A stretch of 64,000 nt of DNA from Octopus sinensis (taxonomy: Eukaryota): contig NW_021833086.1 of the NCBI RefSeq assembly GCF_006345805.1, forward strand, positions 21,236 to 85,235, given 5' to 3'. This document shows positions 39,140-53,240 of the stretch, piece after piece; the first letter of the stretch is position 1; every line of letters begins with the position of its first letter. The translations under genes and the position numbers were made by a program. The notes beneath the pieces are model-generated. The model had not been told where the DNA came from and did no database searches. It saw nothing but the letters and a program-made list of their open reading frames with translations.

Positions 39140-39295
39140 CAGTGTTTCCCAAACTTTTCGCGCCAAATTGCAATATCAGCCCACCTATCGGCCAAAAAAT
39201 ACTCCATCGCCCACCTGTGTAAAAAGAACCCTGACACAACCCCCAAGACAGAGTCCCTAGCTCCCCCTGTATCATTTGACACACACACACATTAT
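39140..39295 (+). mobile_element. hAT (Charlie-like) transposon left end
   Basis: Starts CAGTGTTTCCCAAACTT directly after GTCTAGAC (39132-39139), which fits the NTCTAGAN Charlie target. No right end seen. Confidence 0.6.
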
Positions 39296-39416
39296 CGTAG
39301 ACTCGTTGCCCTGTCAGTGCCGTTGGTATTAAATATGCGGTTGTTTACAAATCCTTTATTGTGGATTAGCAACAAGCAATGCAATGTTGTACGATGCAAT
39401 CAACCCTAATTCTCCT

Positions 39417-39600
39417 AATACAGTTCTATATTTAAGAGATGAGGAATTATGCACATTATTTACATTTGACAGATATTGTCCTCATCTTGTTTGTTGTTAA
39501 CGTTTTGGCTGATATACCCTCCAGCCTTCATCAGGTGTCTTGGGGGTAAATTTCGAATCTGGGTTCTCATTCCTAAGGTATTTTTCTATGTTATTATTAT
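39417..39600 (-). mobile_element. Solo PLE terminal repeat with degenerate hammerhead (copy 2, 39495-39539)
   Basis: Homologous to 13682-13860. CTGATGA and stem II intact, GAAA>AAAA, GTGTT deleted. Confidence 0.8.
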
Positions 39601-39889
39601 GAACGGATCAATTCTGAGGTTACACCTGTAAAAAAAAGGTAATATGAAAGGAGAAATGGGCTCTCTACATTCTTTTGACCCGGCTCCCTTGGTTTTTATG
39701 GGTTTTTCCACGAGTAACCTTTCGAAGCGCCTCCCCCTATTGAGAGTTTTACTTGTTATATATATTTTCGTTGTTACTTTGAATGTTTACACGGACCTTT
39801 CTATCGGACAAAACCCTTTGTAATTTTCGCCCTGTATTTGTCCTTACATGTTCTTTGATTTTTGTTAGCCCTTGTGGCCAATAAACCAG

Positions 39890-39963
39890 AATTATTATTA
39901 TTATTATTGTTGTTATAATAATAATAGTAATAATAATAATAATAATAATAATATAATAATAAC

Positions 39964-39997
<34 letters not shown>

Positions 39998-40150
39998 TAT
40001 AATAAAATAATAATAATAATATAATAATTAATTATTATATTATTATTAGTAGTAGTAGTAGTAGTTATAGTAGTAGTTAGGTCACTGCTTGGAATCGAAC
40101 TCGGAATCTTGGGGTTAGTAGCCAGCACTCTTAACCACTACGCCATATGA

Positions 40151-40245
<95 letters not shown>
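39890..40245. repeat. (AAT)n arrays containing a tRNA-like SINE head (40078-40150, minus)
   Basis: Minus strand catatggcgtagtggttaagagtgctggctactaaccccaagattccgagttcgattccaagcagtgacc. Confidence 0.85.
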
Positions 40246-40246
<1 letters not shown>

Positions 40247-40757
40247 CTTGACAGAGCAAAAAATTGGTACGACCACAAACACGAAAGCATCGTTGAAAAT
40301 AGAAATGCAAATATCCTATGGGATTTTATGATTCAGTGCGACCATGAAATAGAGAAGAGGAAGCCGGGCATAGTCTTAAGTGAGAAAGAAAACAAACTAT
40401 GCTGGATCATAGATATAGCATGTCCAGCTGACAATAAGGTATGCGATAAGGAAGAAAGAAAAGTTGAGAGATATGACAGGTTAGCTTGGGAAGTTAAGCA
40501 GTTGTGGTCGATGAAAAAAAGTAGCAGTAGTACCAATAATTATCGGAGTCCTGTGAACGGTGAGCAAAAATCTCGAGAAGTACGTGGAACAAATAGAGGC
40601 TGGAATAAGGGTGGAGCACTTGCAAAAAAACAGCACTGCTTGGAACCGCTCGAATATTCCGGAAGGTGCTCGAAAAATAAGAGGTGTTACCTTAGTTCAC
40701 TGGTAGTGAACAGATGACACTGTAGTACATCTCCAGCGTTAGAAGCCGTGCAAAGGC
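40245..40757 (+). mobile_element. R4/Dong-type LINE 3' fragment in (AAT)n, island family 1
   Basis: MIQCDHEIEKRKPGIVL..CWIIDIACPADNKV..KVERYDRLAWEVKQLW; (AAT)n on both flanks. Confidence 0.88.
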
Positions 40758-40797
<40 letters not shown>

Positions 40798-40806
40798 GTA
40801 ATAGTA

Positions 40807-40901
<95 letters not shown>

Positions 40902-40906
40902 AAGAA

Positions 40907-41832
40907 ACAACAAAAGCTATAAATCAAATGAAATCCAAACTAAAACTAGAACAGCAACGGACCATGATAAAACGATGGCAAGAAAACCCCTTTCATGGCA
41001 AATACTGGGCTAAAATAAATGCAAAAGAAATAGACAGGGAAAAATCCCAGCAATGGTTGAGAAGCTCAGGACTCAAAGCAGAGACTGAAAGATTTTTAAT
41101 TGCAGCACAAGATCAAAGCCTCCCTACCAGAAATTACCAAAAACATATAAGGAAAAGAAACATAACAAGTAACTGCAAAATATATGGAGATGGACAAGAA
41201 ACAATAAATCATATTATCTCTGGTTGCCCAGTCCTGGCTAAGAAGGAATATATTCAGACACGACAGAGTTGGGACCCACATACACCGGAAGCTATGCCAA
41301 CACTATGGAATAATAACAGAAAAATGATGGTATAGGCACACGCCAGAAAAGGTCACAGAAAACGAGAAAGCAACCATACTCTGGGATATGTCAATACACA
41401 CAGATAGAGAAATTAAGGCCAATAGGCCAGATATAGTTGTCAGAGATCACGAAGAAAAATTTCTAATTGATGTATCAATAACAGCAGATGACAACATGTA
41501 TTCAAAAGAAATGGAGAAACTTTCAAAATACAAAGACCTGGAAATAGAGGTAACTCGAATGTGGAATCTAAAAACAGAAACAATTTCTATCATAGGGGGT
41601 GCATTAGGTATATTAAAAATATTCAGACAAATACATAACAAAACCACCAGGACTTACAAATATATATAACATGCAGAAAATTGCATTACTGGGCACTGCA
41701 CACATCCTATCCTACGTAAAACACTTTCAATACAGTAACTGAGAGTATCACAGCAAAACACAGCACATACCCAAGGCACAGAGAGCTGCGCTCGGTAGTG
41801 AAGTGAAAGCACGCTATAAAATAAAACTACTG
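40907..41832 (+). mobile_element. R4/Dong-type LINE 3' fragment, island family 2
   Basis: FHGKYW..WLRSSGLKAETERFLIAAQDQSL..NCKIYGDGQETINHIISGCPVL, NRPDIVV..IDVSI..KLSKYKDLEIE. Ends in (AAT)n. Confidence 0.92.
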
Positions 41833-41847
41833 AATAATAATAATATA

Positions 41848-41919
<72 letters not shown>

Positions 41920-41952
41920 TAATAATAATAATAATAATAATAATATAATAAT

Positions 41953-43647
<1,695 letters not shown>

Positions 43648-43659
43648 CAACAACAACCA

Positions 43660-43822
43660 CAAAAACAACAACAACATCGAAAAATACCTTAGGAATGAGA
43701 ACCCAGGTTCGAAATTTCCCCAAGACACCTGATGAAACCTGGATGGTATATATCAGCCGAAACGTTATTTTACCAACAGACAAGATGAAGATAAATATCA
43801 AATGTAAATAATGTAAATAACC
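43660..43822 (+). mobile_element. Solo PLE terminal repeat with degenerate hammerhead (copy 3, 43724-43771)
   Basis: gacac CTGATGA aacctg..cagcc GAAA CGTT atttt: core intact, stems I and II mutated. Confidence 0.78.
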
Positions 43823-44339
43823 GTCATTCTCCTGTTTACTAGTTTCCTGGAGTAGCGTGTTGAATGTTTATATTTACTATTTGAAAGAAGAGCTCCATTG
43901 CAAAAAGTATGATAACGGCTTGTCCTTCTTGTCAGAATGCTTTGCATCAAAGTGATACTTCAAGCGTGAAGTTTCCATTCCTTCGTTGGTTAACGTTTGA
44001 TAGCAAAGAAGGCACCTAGATAACTAACAGTTCTGAGGAGAGGGAATAAATCCAAACAATAAATAATCACTACTGTACTGTCGACAAATTTTCTTGACTG
44101 AAGGCACCAGTAAGGTGAAAATGTGAAAACGAATTTCTACAGATGGCGTCAGAAAGGCAGTATGGTATACCCAAAGTCAATAGAGTAGAGTCAGATGACT
44201 TCATACGATTATGCCAAAAAAAAAAAAAGAAACTTATGGAATAATCGTCATCATCACCTTGGATAATGGTATCATCACCTACTCAATGGTATCTATCGGC
44301 AATTATTCTATCCATCAGCAATTGTTATCATATGACCGT

Positions 44340-44734
44340 CTCTCTTTGCCTGATTCAGTCATGTGACTGCGGCCATACTGGAGCACCGCCTTTAGTCGAG
44401 CAAATCGCCCCCGGACTTATTCTTTGTAAGCCCAGTACTTATTCTATCGGTCTCTTTTGCCGAACCGCTAAGTGACGGGGACGTAAACATACCAGCATCG
44501 GCTGTCAAGCAATGCTAGGGGGACAACCACAGACACACAAACACACACATACATATATATATATATATACATATATACGACAGGCTTCTTTTCAGTTTCT
44601 GTCTACCAAATCCACTCACAAGGCATTGGTCGGCCCGGGGCTATAGCAGAAGACACTTGCCCAAGATGCCACGCAGTGGGACTGAACCCGGAACCATGTG
44701 GTTGGTTAGCAAGCTACTTACCACACAGCCACTC
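44340..44734 (-). mobile_element. SINE family B, full
   Basis: Close match to 28660-29042. Confidence 0.92.
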
Positions 44735-44844
44735 TTAAAGGTTGCAATCAGTAAAGCCTTCAACTGCATCTGATATGAGAACATCCTCGCAAAGCTGCTA
44801 CCTATGATCTCCAACTGACGCTCTTTGTTTAACAAAATCGGTGC

Positions 44845-45005
44845 AGGCGTTGGTGTGCGGTACGAAGTTTGCTTCCCAACCACATTGTTGGAGGTTCAGT
44901 CCCACTGCGTAGCACCCTGGGCAAGTGTCTTCTACTATAGCCCTCGGGTCAACCAATGCTTTGTGTGTGGATTTGGTACACAGAAACTGAAAGAAGTCCG
45001 TCGCA
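44845..45005 (+). mobile_element. SINE family B, head and core only
   Basis: ggaggttcagtcccactgcgtagcaccctgggcaagtgtcttctactatagcc. Confidence 0.85.
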
Positions 45006-45196
45006 TACATACATACATACATACATACATACATACATACATACATACATACATACATACATTCATACATACATACAACATTCAACATACATACATACAT
45101 ACATACATACGTACGTACACATACATACATACATACATACATACATACATACATACATACATACATACATACAATACATACACACATACATACCAC

Positions 45197-45231
<35 letters not shown>

Positions 45232-45459
45232 CTTATATTTTATATATATAATTTATACTTATATTTATATTTACTTGTATTTATATTCTCTTTTATATAT
45301 ATTCTACTTATACAACGTTACTCTTTTATGTACACTGATTTGTTCTGCTTTTTATATTTAACCCTACAGTCTCTTATGTGGTGGTTTAATAAAGTATGTG
45401 ATTGAGTATTATCTGGTATTGATATTTGATTTAGATGTATTTCTCCATTTCTTCTGTTG

Positions 45460-45515
<56 letters not shown>

Positions 45516-45569
45516 ACGTGTGTACGTATGTACACACACACACACATGCTTGTGCATGTGTGTGTGTGT

Positions 45570-45780
45570 TTGTGTCAGTGATTGTTCCTCGTGTGACAAC
45601 CAGTGCTGGTGTGTTCTTGCCCTCGTAATATAACGGTTCAGCAAAAGAGACTAGTAAAAAAAGTACCAGGCATTAAAAAAAAACTAAGTACATGGGTCTG
45701 TTCATTCGACAAAAAGTTCTTCTTCAATACAGTGTTCCAGCATGACCGCAGACTAAGACCTGGAACAAGCGAGAAATAAT
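45570..45780 (+). mobile_element. SINE family B tail, degenerate
   Basis: gacaaccagtgctggtgtgtt...ggttcagcaaaagagact...ccagcatgaccgcag. Confidence 0.65.
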
Positions 45781-46403
45781 ATAGTGTTCAAGAATTATAA
45801 TAGTCATCGAGTTTTTATTTTTTCCCCAAATACTAACCAGTCACAGTGAATTTGAACTCTCAGCGTATCTGTTATCTCTAAACAGTTAGCCATTCTTTAC
45901 AAACGGAAAAGATGGGGTTTTTTTCTTCTTTATACAGAAATGTAGATGGAATAGCAGAAACTAATAGAGCACCACTTTAACACTATTTAGTTACGTCTTT
46001 CCAGTTTTCTTTCGATTTTCTTATGATAAATCTTGCAGAGCTCTGATTCCACTTTCAATTTCCCTAGAGGATCAATACGTCCCTGTCATCTACAGCAACG
46101 ACATCCATGAACAATAATAATCTCTCAAACACTTGCAGACCTGCATTGATATAAAAATGAATCAAACCGGAGTTTTATATCATCTGCTTTATTCCTTAAT
46201 TATTTTACACTTTTACTTGTTTCTGTTGCTGGAGTGCTGTCTTAAAGGATTTAGTCTACCAAATGGATCCAGTACTTACTTCTTAAAGTCTATTTATTCT
46301 ATCGGTTCATTCTTTTCCGAACTTCTAGATTACGAGGGCGTAAATAAACGAACATCAATTGTCACGCACGCACGCACACACACGCACACACACGCGCGCG
46401 CGT

Positions 46404-46447
<44 letters not shown>

Positions 46448-46448
46448 T

Positions 46449-46489
<41 letters not shown>

Positions 46490-46941
46490 ACACGCGCAAG
46501 TGCGAAAAAACAGTAAAATCTTCTTGATTTCTTTATTCTGCTTCAAAAGAATCTTTGTACCATTATTTTGTGGTGAGTGAGACAGATTGAATAATATGTT
46601 CAGTTCGTACTTAAAATGTGTACTGAACCTATTTTTTTCCCTATTTTTTTGTAATTCGAAAAGGCTGTACATGTCGTAAAAGAAAACATTTTATAGTTTG
46701 GTCTACAAAATTTTGTACCTTTAAAAGCAAGGCGTTTCATGTTTTCTTAGTCCCCTACTTAGAAGCTTTAGTATACATTCAGTATCAGATTATTGACGTG
46801 TGTATGCGTGCTTGTAGGAATGTGTATTTACTCCCTCTGCGCGCATGCGTTGCATACAGCGTATGTGTATGTGTACGTGTATACGTGTGATGTGCTTGCG
46901 TGATGTGTGGCATGGTTTCAAGAGAGATAGATAGATAGATA

Positions 46942-47000
<59 letters not shown>

Positions 47001-47242
47001 ATGTTATCAGTCAACTGTGTTCAAGGTGTAACACAGAAAAAGACATATATGGTTAAATATAGTTACATGTACTCATTTCCCATTATATTCTGTTTGCCAA
47101 ATTTATCGCAGGTTTTTTTTTTTTTAAACTTTTTCGTATAAGCGTTTCAGCCAGCATGGTTAAAAGGTTTTCGATACATGTATATATAAATAATATATGC
47201 CTGCAATATGTATGTATATATTAAAAGAATAAAATGAGAAAG

Positions 47243-47288
<46 letters not shown>

Positions 47289-47290
<2 letters not shown>

Positions 47291-47548
47291 AGTGGCTGTA
47301 TGGTGAGTAGCTTACTTACGAACCACATAGTTCCGGGTTCAGTCCCACTGCGTGGCACTTTGGGCAAGTGTCTTCTACTATAGCCTCGGGCCGACCAAAG
47401 CCTTGTGAATGGATTTGGTAGACGGAAGCTGAAAGAAGCCCGTCGTATATATATGTATATGTATGTGTGTGTATATGTTTGTGTGTCTGCGTTTGTACCC
47501 CCAACATTGCTTGACAACCGATGCTGGTGTGTCTGAAACAAGTAAAAG
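47289..47548 (+). mobile_element. SINE family B with internally deleted tail
   Basis: ggagtggctgtatggtgagtagc..ccgggttcagtcccactgcgtggcactttgggcaag..; tail jumps to gaaacaagtaaaagag. Confidence 0.9.
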
Positions 47549-47638
47549 AGTAAAGAGTATATATATTTTTTTATATTTTATCTAGTTTCAGCTCATGAGC
47601 TGTGGCCATGCTGGGGCACCGCCATTCAAAATATATAT

Positions 47639-48640
47639 AAGATGGATGTACGAATAATCTATTTATATGATATAAAGATGTTGCATTTTAAAAAAATAAC
47701 GATACAAATAAATTATAAGTTGTAAAGCTCAAACAGAAAACGGGAAATGCGAAAAAACCTACATATATGTTTCAGTTCTAGCCCCTAGTTGTTATGCAAT
47801 TCTAAGCATTTGGTTATATGCTCAGAATAGTATCATTTTAACTATACGGGGCAGAACTTCTTCAGGGTTGTTATGAGCTTATAGAACGAAGTTTAACATT
47901 TTTCTTAGAAGGATGCATGTAGAATAGTAATTAATAACTTTAAGAAGTGAGATCTTATTTATAACGTAAGTGTATCTAAGTGGTGAGTTATAGATATTAG
48001 TGAAGATGCCTTATAGTAGAAAATAAAGTAAATCAAAATAAAAATAATTCATATTTAGGTATCATATTTTTCTTTTGCTTTTAATTAAAATTTTATACTA
48101 TATATATTTTCTTTCTCTTTTATTTAAATTTTATACTATGTATATTATATATATATTTCTATTTATTATTGATTTTATTTTTATTCTTTTTATCTTATTT
48201 CTTTACTCTTATTATTTTAGGTTATTTTAATTTTTGCTGTTTATTTTTATTTACTTTATTTTTTTACTATAAGGCATCTTCACTAATATCTATAACTCAC
48301 CACCTAGATACACTTACATTATAAATAAGATCTCACTTTTTAAAGTTATTACTATTCTGTATGTATCCTTCTAGGAAAATGTTAACCATTGTTCTATAAG
48401 CTCATGATAACTCTGAAGAAGTTCTGCCCCATATAGTTAAAAATGATACCATTCTTAGCATATAACCAAATGCTTAGAATTGCATATAAACTAGGGGCTA
48501 GAACTGAAACATATATGTAGTTTTCTTCGAATCTCCTATTTTGTTTTTGAGCTTTACAACATAATTTATCAGTATTGTTATTTTTTTTAAATTTCGAACA
48601 TCTTTACATCATACAAATAAATTATTCGTACATCTGTCTT
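47639..48640. mobile_element. ~1-kb foldback: ~400-bp inverted arms (47639-48047 / 48241-48640) around a ~190-bp AT-rich spacer
   Basis: For example acatatatgtttcagttctagcccctagtt vs aactaggggctagaactgaaacatatatgt, and ttatagatattagtgaagatgccttatagta vs tactataaggcatcttcactaatatctataa. Confidence 0.9.
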
Positions 48641-49035
48641 TCTCCATTTTCTGTCTTTCAATATTAATAATATGTATTACTACAATAATCCCTAACATAT
48701 GGCAGAGACTTTCTCGTTATTTGATACTGATTAACCAGTGGAATTTTTTCTTTTTTTGGGGGGGGTTATATAATCCCTAAATGTGGATCTAACATCCTCG
48801 AATTGAATGTACTTTATATATGTCCAGAGTTATCTCTCTTCGGTATTTTCCATTGACAACGGCTAAAAAGTTAAAAATGCAGCGTTTTGGGAATCCGAAA
48901 GCGGGCAGCACCGGACCGATATGGTGTTTTTACACTTTTTTTTACACTTTCTTTTTTTCTCCACAGTAACTGCAAAGAATTTGCCTTTAGAAATTGAAAT
49001 ATGTCACAGACATATTAATTAACCTAAAGTTCGCA

Positions 49036-49667
49036 TATACATACATACATACAAACATACATACATACATACAAACATACATACATACATACATACATAC
49101 AAACATACATACATACATACATACATACATACATACATACATACATACATACATACATACATACGTACATACATACATACATCCATACATATATACATAC
49201 ATACATACAAACATACATACATACATACATACATCCATACATATATAATACATACATACATACAAACATACATACATATATACATACATACAAACATACA
49301 TACATACATACATACAAACATACATACATACATACATACATACATACATCCATACATATATACATACATACATACAAACATACATACATACCTACATACC
49401 TACATACAAACATACATACATACATCCATACATACATACATACATACATACAAACATACATACTTACATACATATATACATACATACATATATACATACA
49501 TACAAACAAATATACATACATACATACAAACATACATACATGCATACATACATACATACATACATACAAACATACATGCATACATATATACACACAAACA
49601 TATATACATACATACATATATACATACATACATACATACATACATACATACATACATACATACATAC
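49036..49667. repeat. Long (CATA)n array with CAAA/CATC variants
   Basis: Directly visible. Confidence 0.97.
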
Positions 49668-49916
49668 AGGGTGTTCTTAAATTATCTTTACAACTTCCAT
49701 AGTTTATTGTATCTCTTATAATTACGATTCATCAACCAACTTCTTTGTAACCAATGGAGCCCACGTGAAAAAGTTCCGATGTTTCTAATAAAACTATTTG
49801 TTTGCCTATGTTTTCCGGTAAACTCTATTTTTTAGTATTTTCTGAACTTTTCATGCGTAAAGGAAATTATATACACACTACATACATACACACATACGCA
49901 CGCGCCACATTCATCT

Positions 49917-49989
<73 letters not shown>

Positions 49990-50009
49990 ATATATAATAT
50001 GTATGTATG

Positions 50010-50044
<35 letters not shown>

Positions 50045-50048
50045 ATTT

Positions 50049-51745
50049 ATTAATCAATATAGGGTGCCAAAAAAAATTTTGTAGAATTTTTTTGCCACCA
50101 GCGGCCTAGTGGGAAAAAATTAAATAGTCATAGACCATTTTAAGTTCAACATCAACAATCAAGGAACGGCCATAATAGGTCATTCACCCACTAGAAATAA
50201 CAGCCAAAGCTTCAACCGCAAATAAAAATCAATTCCGTAAACAGGAGAAAATTTAAAAAACATTTACCCTGTAATTTCTTATACGATGCACCGTTTCATC
50301 TGCTGTTTAATGGTAAACTAAGCTGATTAAATAAATCAGGCCAATCTTCCATAGGCCCTCAGATTCTTCAGTAAGAAATAGCCACAAGTCGGAACAGATA
50401 TTTTCACGAGGCATTTCCGACCCTGCCAAGGTAATATCTGACCTAAAATTTTCAAATCATCGCACTCGCGCCAATTTATCGGCAGCAAATAAATATAAGC
50501 CGTCGATTCCATTACGGAATTAACCAGAAAATTCATAATTAATCAATATAGGGTGCAAAAAAAATTTTGTAGAATTTTTTTGCCACCAGCGGCCTAGTGG
50601 GGAAAAAAAATTAAATAGTCATAGACCATTTTAAAGTTCAACATCAACAATCAAGGAACGGCCATAATAGGTCATTCACCCACTAGAAATAACAGCCAAA
50701 GCTTCAACCGCAAATAAAAATCAATTCCGTAAACAGGAGAAAATTTAAAAAACATTTACCCTGTAATTTCTTATACGATGCACCGTTTCATCTGCTTTTT
50801 AATGGTAAACTAAGCTGATTAAATTAAATCAGGCCAATCTTCCATAGCCCTCAGATTCTTCAGTAAGAAATAGCCACAAGTCGGAACAGATATTTTCACG
50901 AGGCATTTCCGACCCTGCCAAGGTAATATCTGACCTAAAATTTTCAAATCATCGCACTCGCGCCAATTTATCGGCAGCAAATAAATAAGCCGTCGATTCC
51001 ATTACGGAATTAACCAGAAAATTCATAATTAATCAATATAGGGTGCCAAAAAAAATTTTGTAGAATTTTTTTGCCACCAGCGGCCTAGTGGGAAAAAATT
51101 AAATAGTCATAGACCATTTTAAAGTTCAACATCAACAATCAAGGAACGGCCATAATAGGTCATTCACCCACTAGAAATAACAGCCAAAGCTTCAACCGCA
51201 AATAAAAATCAATTCCGTAAACAGGAGAAAATTTAAAAAACATTTACCCTGTAATTTCTTATACGATGCACCGTTTCATCTGCTGTTTAATGGTAAACTA
51301 AGCTGATTAAATTAAATCAGGCCAATCTTCCATAGGCCCTCAGATTCTTCAGTAAGAAATAGCCACAAGTCGGAACAGATATTTTCCACGGCATTTCCGA
51401 CCCTGCCAAGGTAATATCTGACCTAAAATTTTCAAATCATCGCACTCGCGCCAAATTTATCGGCAGCAAATAAATATAAGCCGTCGATTCCATTACGGAA
51501 TTAACCAGAAAATTCATAATTAATCAATATAGGGTGCCAAAAAAAATTTTGTAGAATTTTTTTGCCACCAGCGGCCTAGTGGGAAAAAATTAAATAGTCA
51601 TAGACCATTTTAAAGTTCAACATCAACAATCAAGGAACGGCCATAATAGGTCATTCACCCACTAGAAATAACAGCCAAAGCTTCAACCGCAAATAAAAAT
51701 CAATTCCGTAAACAGGAGAAAATTAAAAAAACCTTTACCCTGTAA
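50049..51745 (+). repeat. Tandem array of a ~490-bp unit, ~3.5 copies
   Basis: taatcaatatagggtgc starts at 50051, 50540, 51030 and 51521. Copies differ mainly in homopolymer length. Confidence 0.95.
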
Positions 51746-51829
51746 AGGTTTTTTTTATTTGCGGTTGAAGCTTTGGCTGTTATTTCTAGTGGGTGAATGA
51801 CCTATTATGGCCGTTCCTTGATTGTTGAT
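51741..51829 (-). repeat. Inverted (foldback) copy of the last array unit
   Basis: atttgcggttgaagctttggctgttatttctagtgggtgaatgacctattatggccgttccttgattgttgat is the reverse complement of 51622-51700. Confidence 0.92.
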
Positions 51830-51877
51830 ATATATATATATATATATATATTATATAATATATATATATATATATTA

Positions 51878-51922
<45 letters not shown>

Positions 51923-52169
51923 CTTCATTCATACGCACACACGCCAACGTCATAACGGTTATTACTAGTAATGAATCATAACAAAATAATAAAGTATAGT
52001 CAGCATATGCACAAACGTATCTACACACTTATATATATATATATACATAAATATGTACAAATATACGCATATACACACAAGTACACACACACACACACAC
52101 ACACATACACTCACACACACACACAAGCACACACACTTACATATATAATCGCTAAAAAGAGTACAGTGA

Positions 52170-52720
52170 ATTTGCCGCGTGAAGTGGAAAATCCAACGTT
52201 TCGGACAGTGTCCTTTTTCAGGAAAAAATTATAAGGAGAGAAATGAATAGAGACAACAGAGTTTTACATCCTCTAAGTTAAAGGAAATGGCTGCAACTAA
52301 TAAGGAACGAAGGAGCACGTGAGTTTCGTGCGTCAAAAAGAAGCGGTAGGAGGGACTGTGTGAGAAGGAAGAAGGAGAGTGTAATGGAAGCAGGCAAAGT
52401 TAAGGGTGAGGTGAAGGGTAAAGTTGGTGTGAGAGGAGAGTTGAAGGATAAGAAAAAGGATTACTGTACTAAGAGGAGGTGTAAGAGTTAAGGGAAAACT
52501 TTTCATTTAAACTTGTCGGTCACATGGTGCCAAGTTCGTCAAAAATGTTCTCTCCTATTCCTTGAGAATGATATGGAATGGCCGGTATTATCGAAGTGGA
52601 TGATGATAGGTTGGCCTAGCATACATGTAGTATCCTTTATATGTACTCTCGAAAGTGATCAGCAAGGTGACATCCTCGGGGGATCTGGGATTCTGCTGTG
52701 GGAGAAAGCTTTAAGTTGAG
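52170..52720 (-). mobile_element. Penelope-like 3' fragment (second family): GIY-YIG remnant, pyrimidine-rich UTR, hammerhead
   Basis: Minus strand LADHFREYIKD..HFDNTGHS..IFDELGT, then about 300 nt of C/T-rich sequence and a hammerhead-like motif. Confidence 0.6.
52192..52224 (-). ncRNA. Minimal hammerhead-like motif, copy 4 (G8>A)
   Basis: Minus strand ttc CTGAAAA A GGAC-act-GTCC GAAA CGTT gga. Confidence 0.55.
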
Positions 52721-53044
52721 GCCGACGGAAGAAACTCTCAGTATCGGCGCGTGCGTCGGGTACATGGGTTTGTCTTATGCACATATATCTACACACACAG
52801 TCTCCCCCCTCTCTCTCTCTCTCTCACCCTCACAAACACATACACATATATACATATACAAAAACATATATAAAGAAAAATGATAATAATACAATACAAT
52901 AATGTACCGATTCAGGCCACGCCCATGTGTTGGTGCGTGTATACGACCAAAACTGGTTCAAGAAGGACAATAAATTTCATGCCGATAGCAAAGTAGTTAT
53001 AATCCCTACAACAAAATTTACGGTAAAATAAACCTTTCTACTGA

Positions 53045-53240
53045 AAGCAAAAGGCTTGAAATTTAGTGGAAGGGAATTAGTCGATTATATCGACCCCAGT
53101 CTTTCACTGGTACTTAATTTATCGACCGCGAAAGAGTGAAAGGCAAAGTCGACCTCGGCAGAATGTGAACACAGAGCGTAAAGTCGGAAGAAACGCCGCT
53201 AAGCATTTTGTCCGGCGTGCTAACGACTCTACTAACTCTG
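53045..53240 (-). mobile_element. SINE family A
   Basis: tcgaccccagtctttcactggtacttaatttatcgaccgcgaaagagtgaaaggcaaagtcgacctcggcagaatgtgaac. Confidence 0.85.

Noticed and set aside
40078-40150. Possible tRNA gene; also the tRNA-like heads at 11700-11752, 22530-22590 and 61700-61760
   Set aside because: A and B boxes are present, but there is no complete cloverleaf or acceptor stem, and most continue into repeated SINE bodies.
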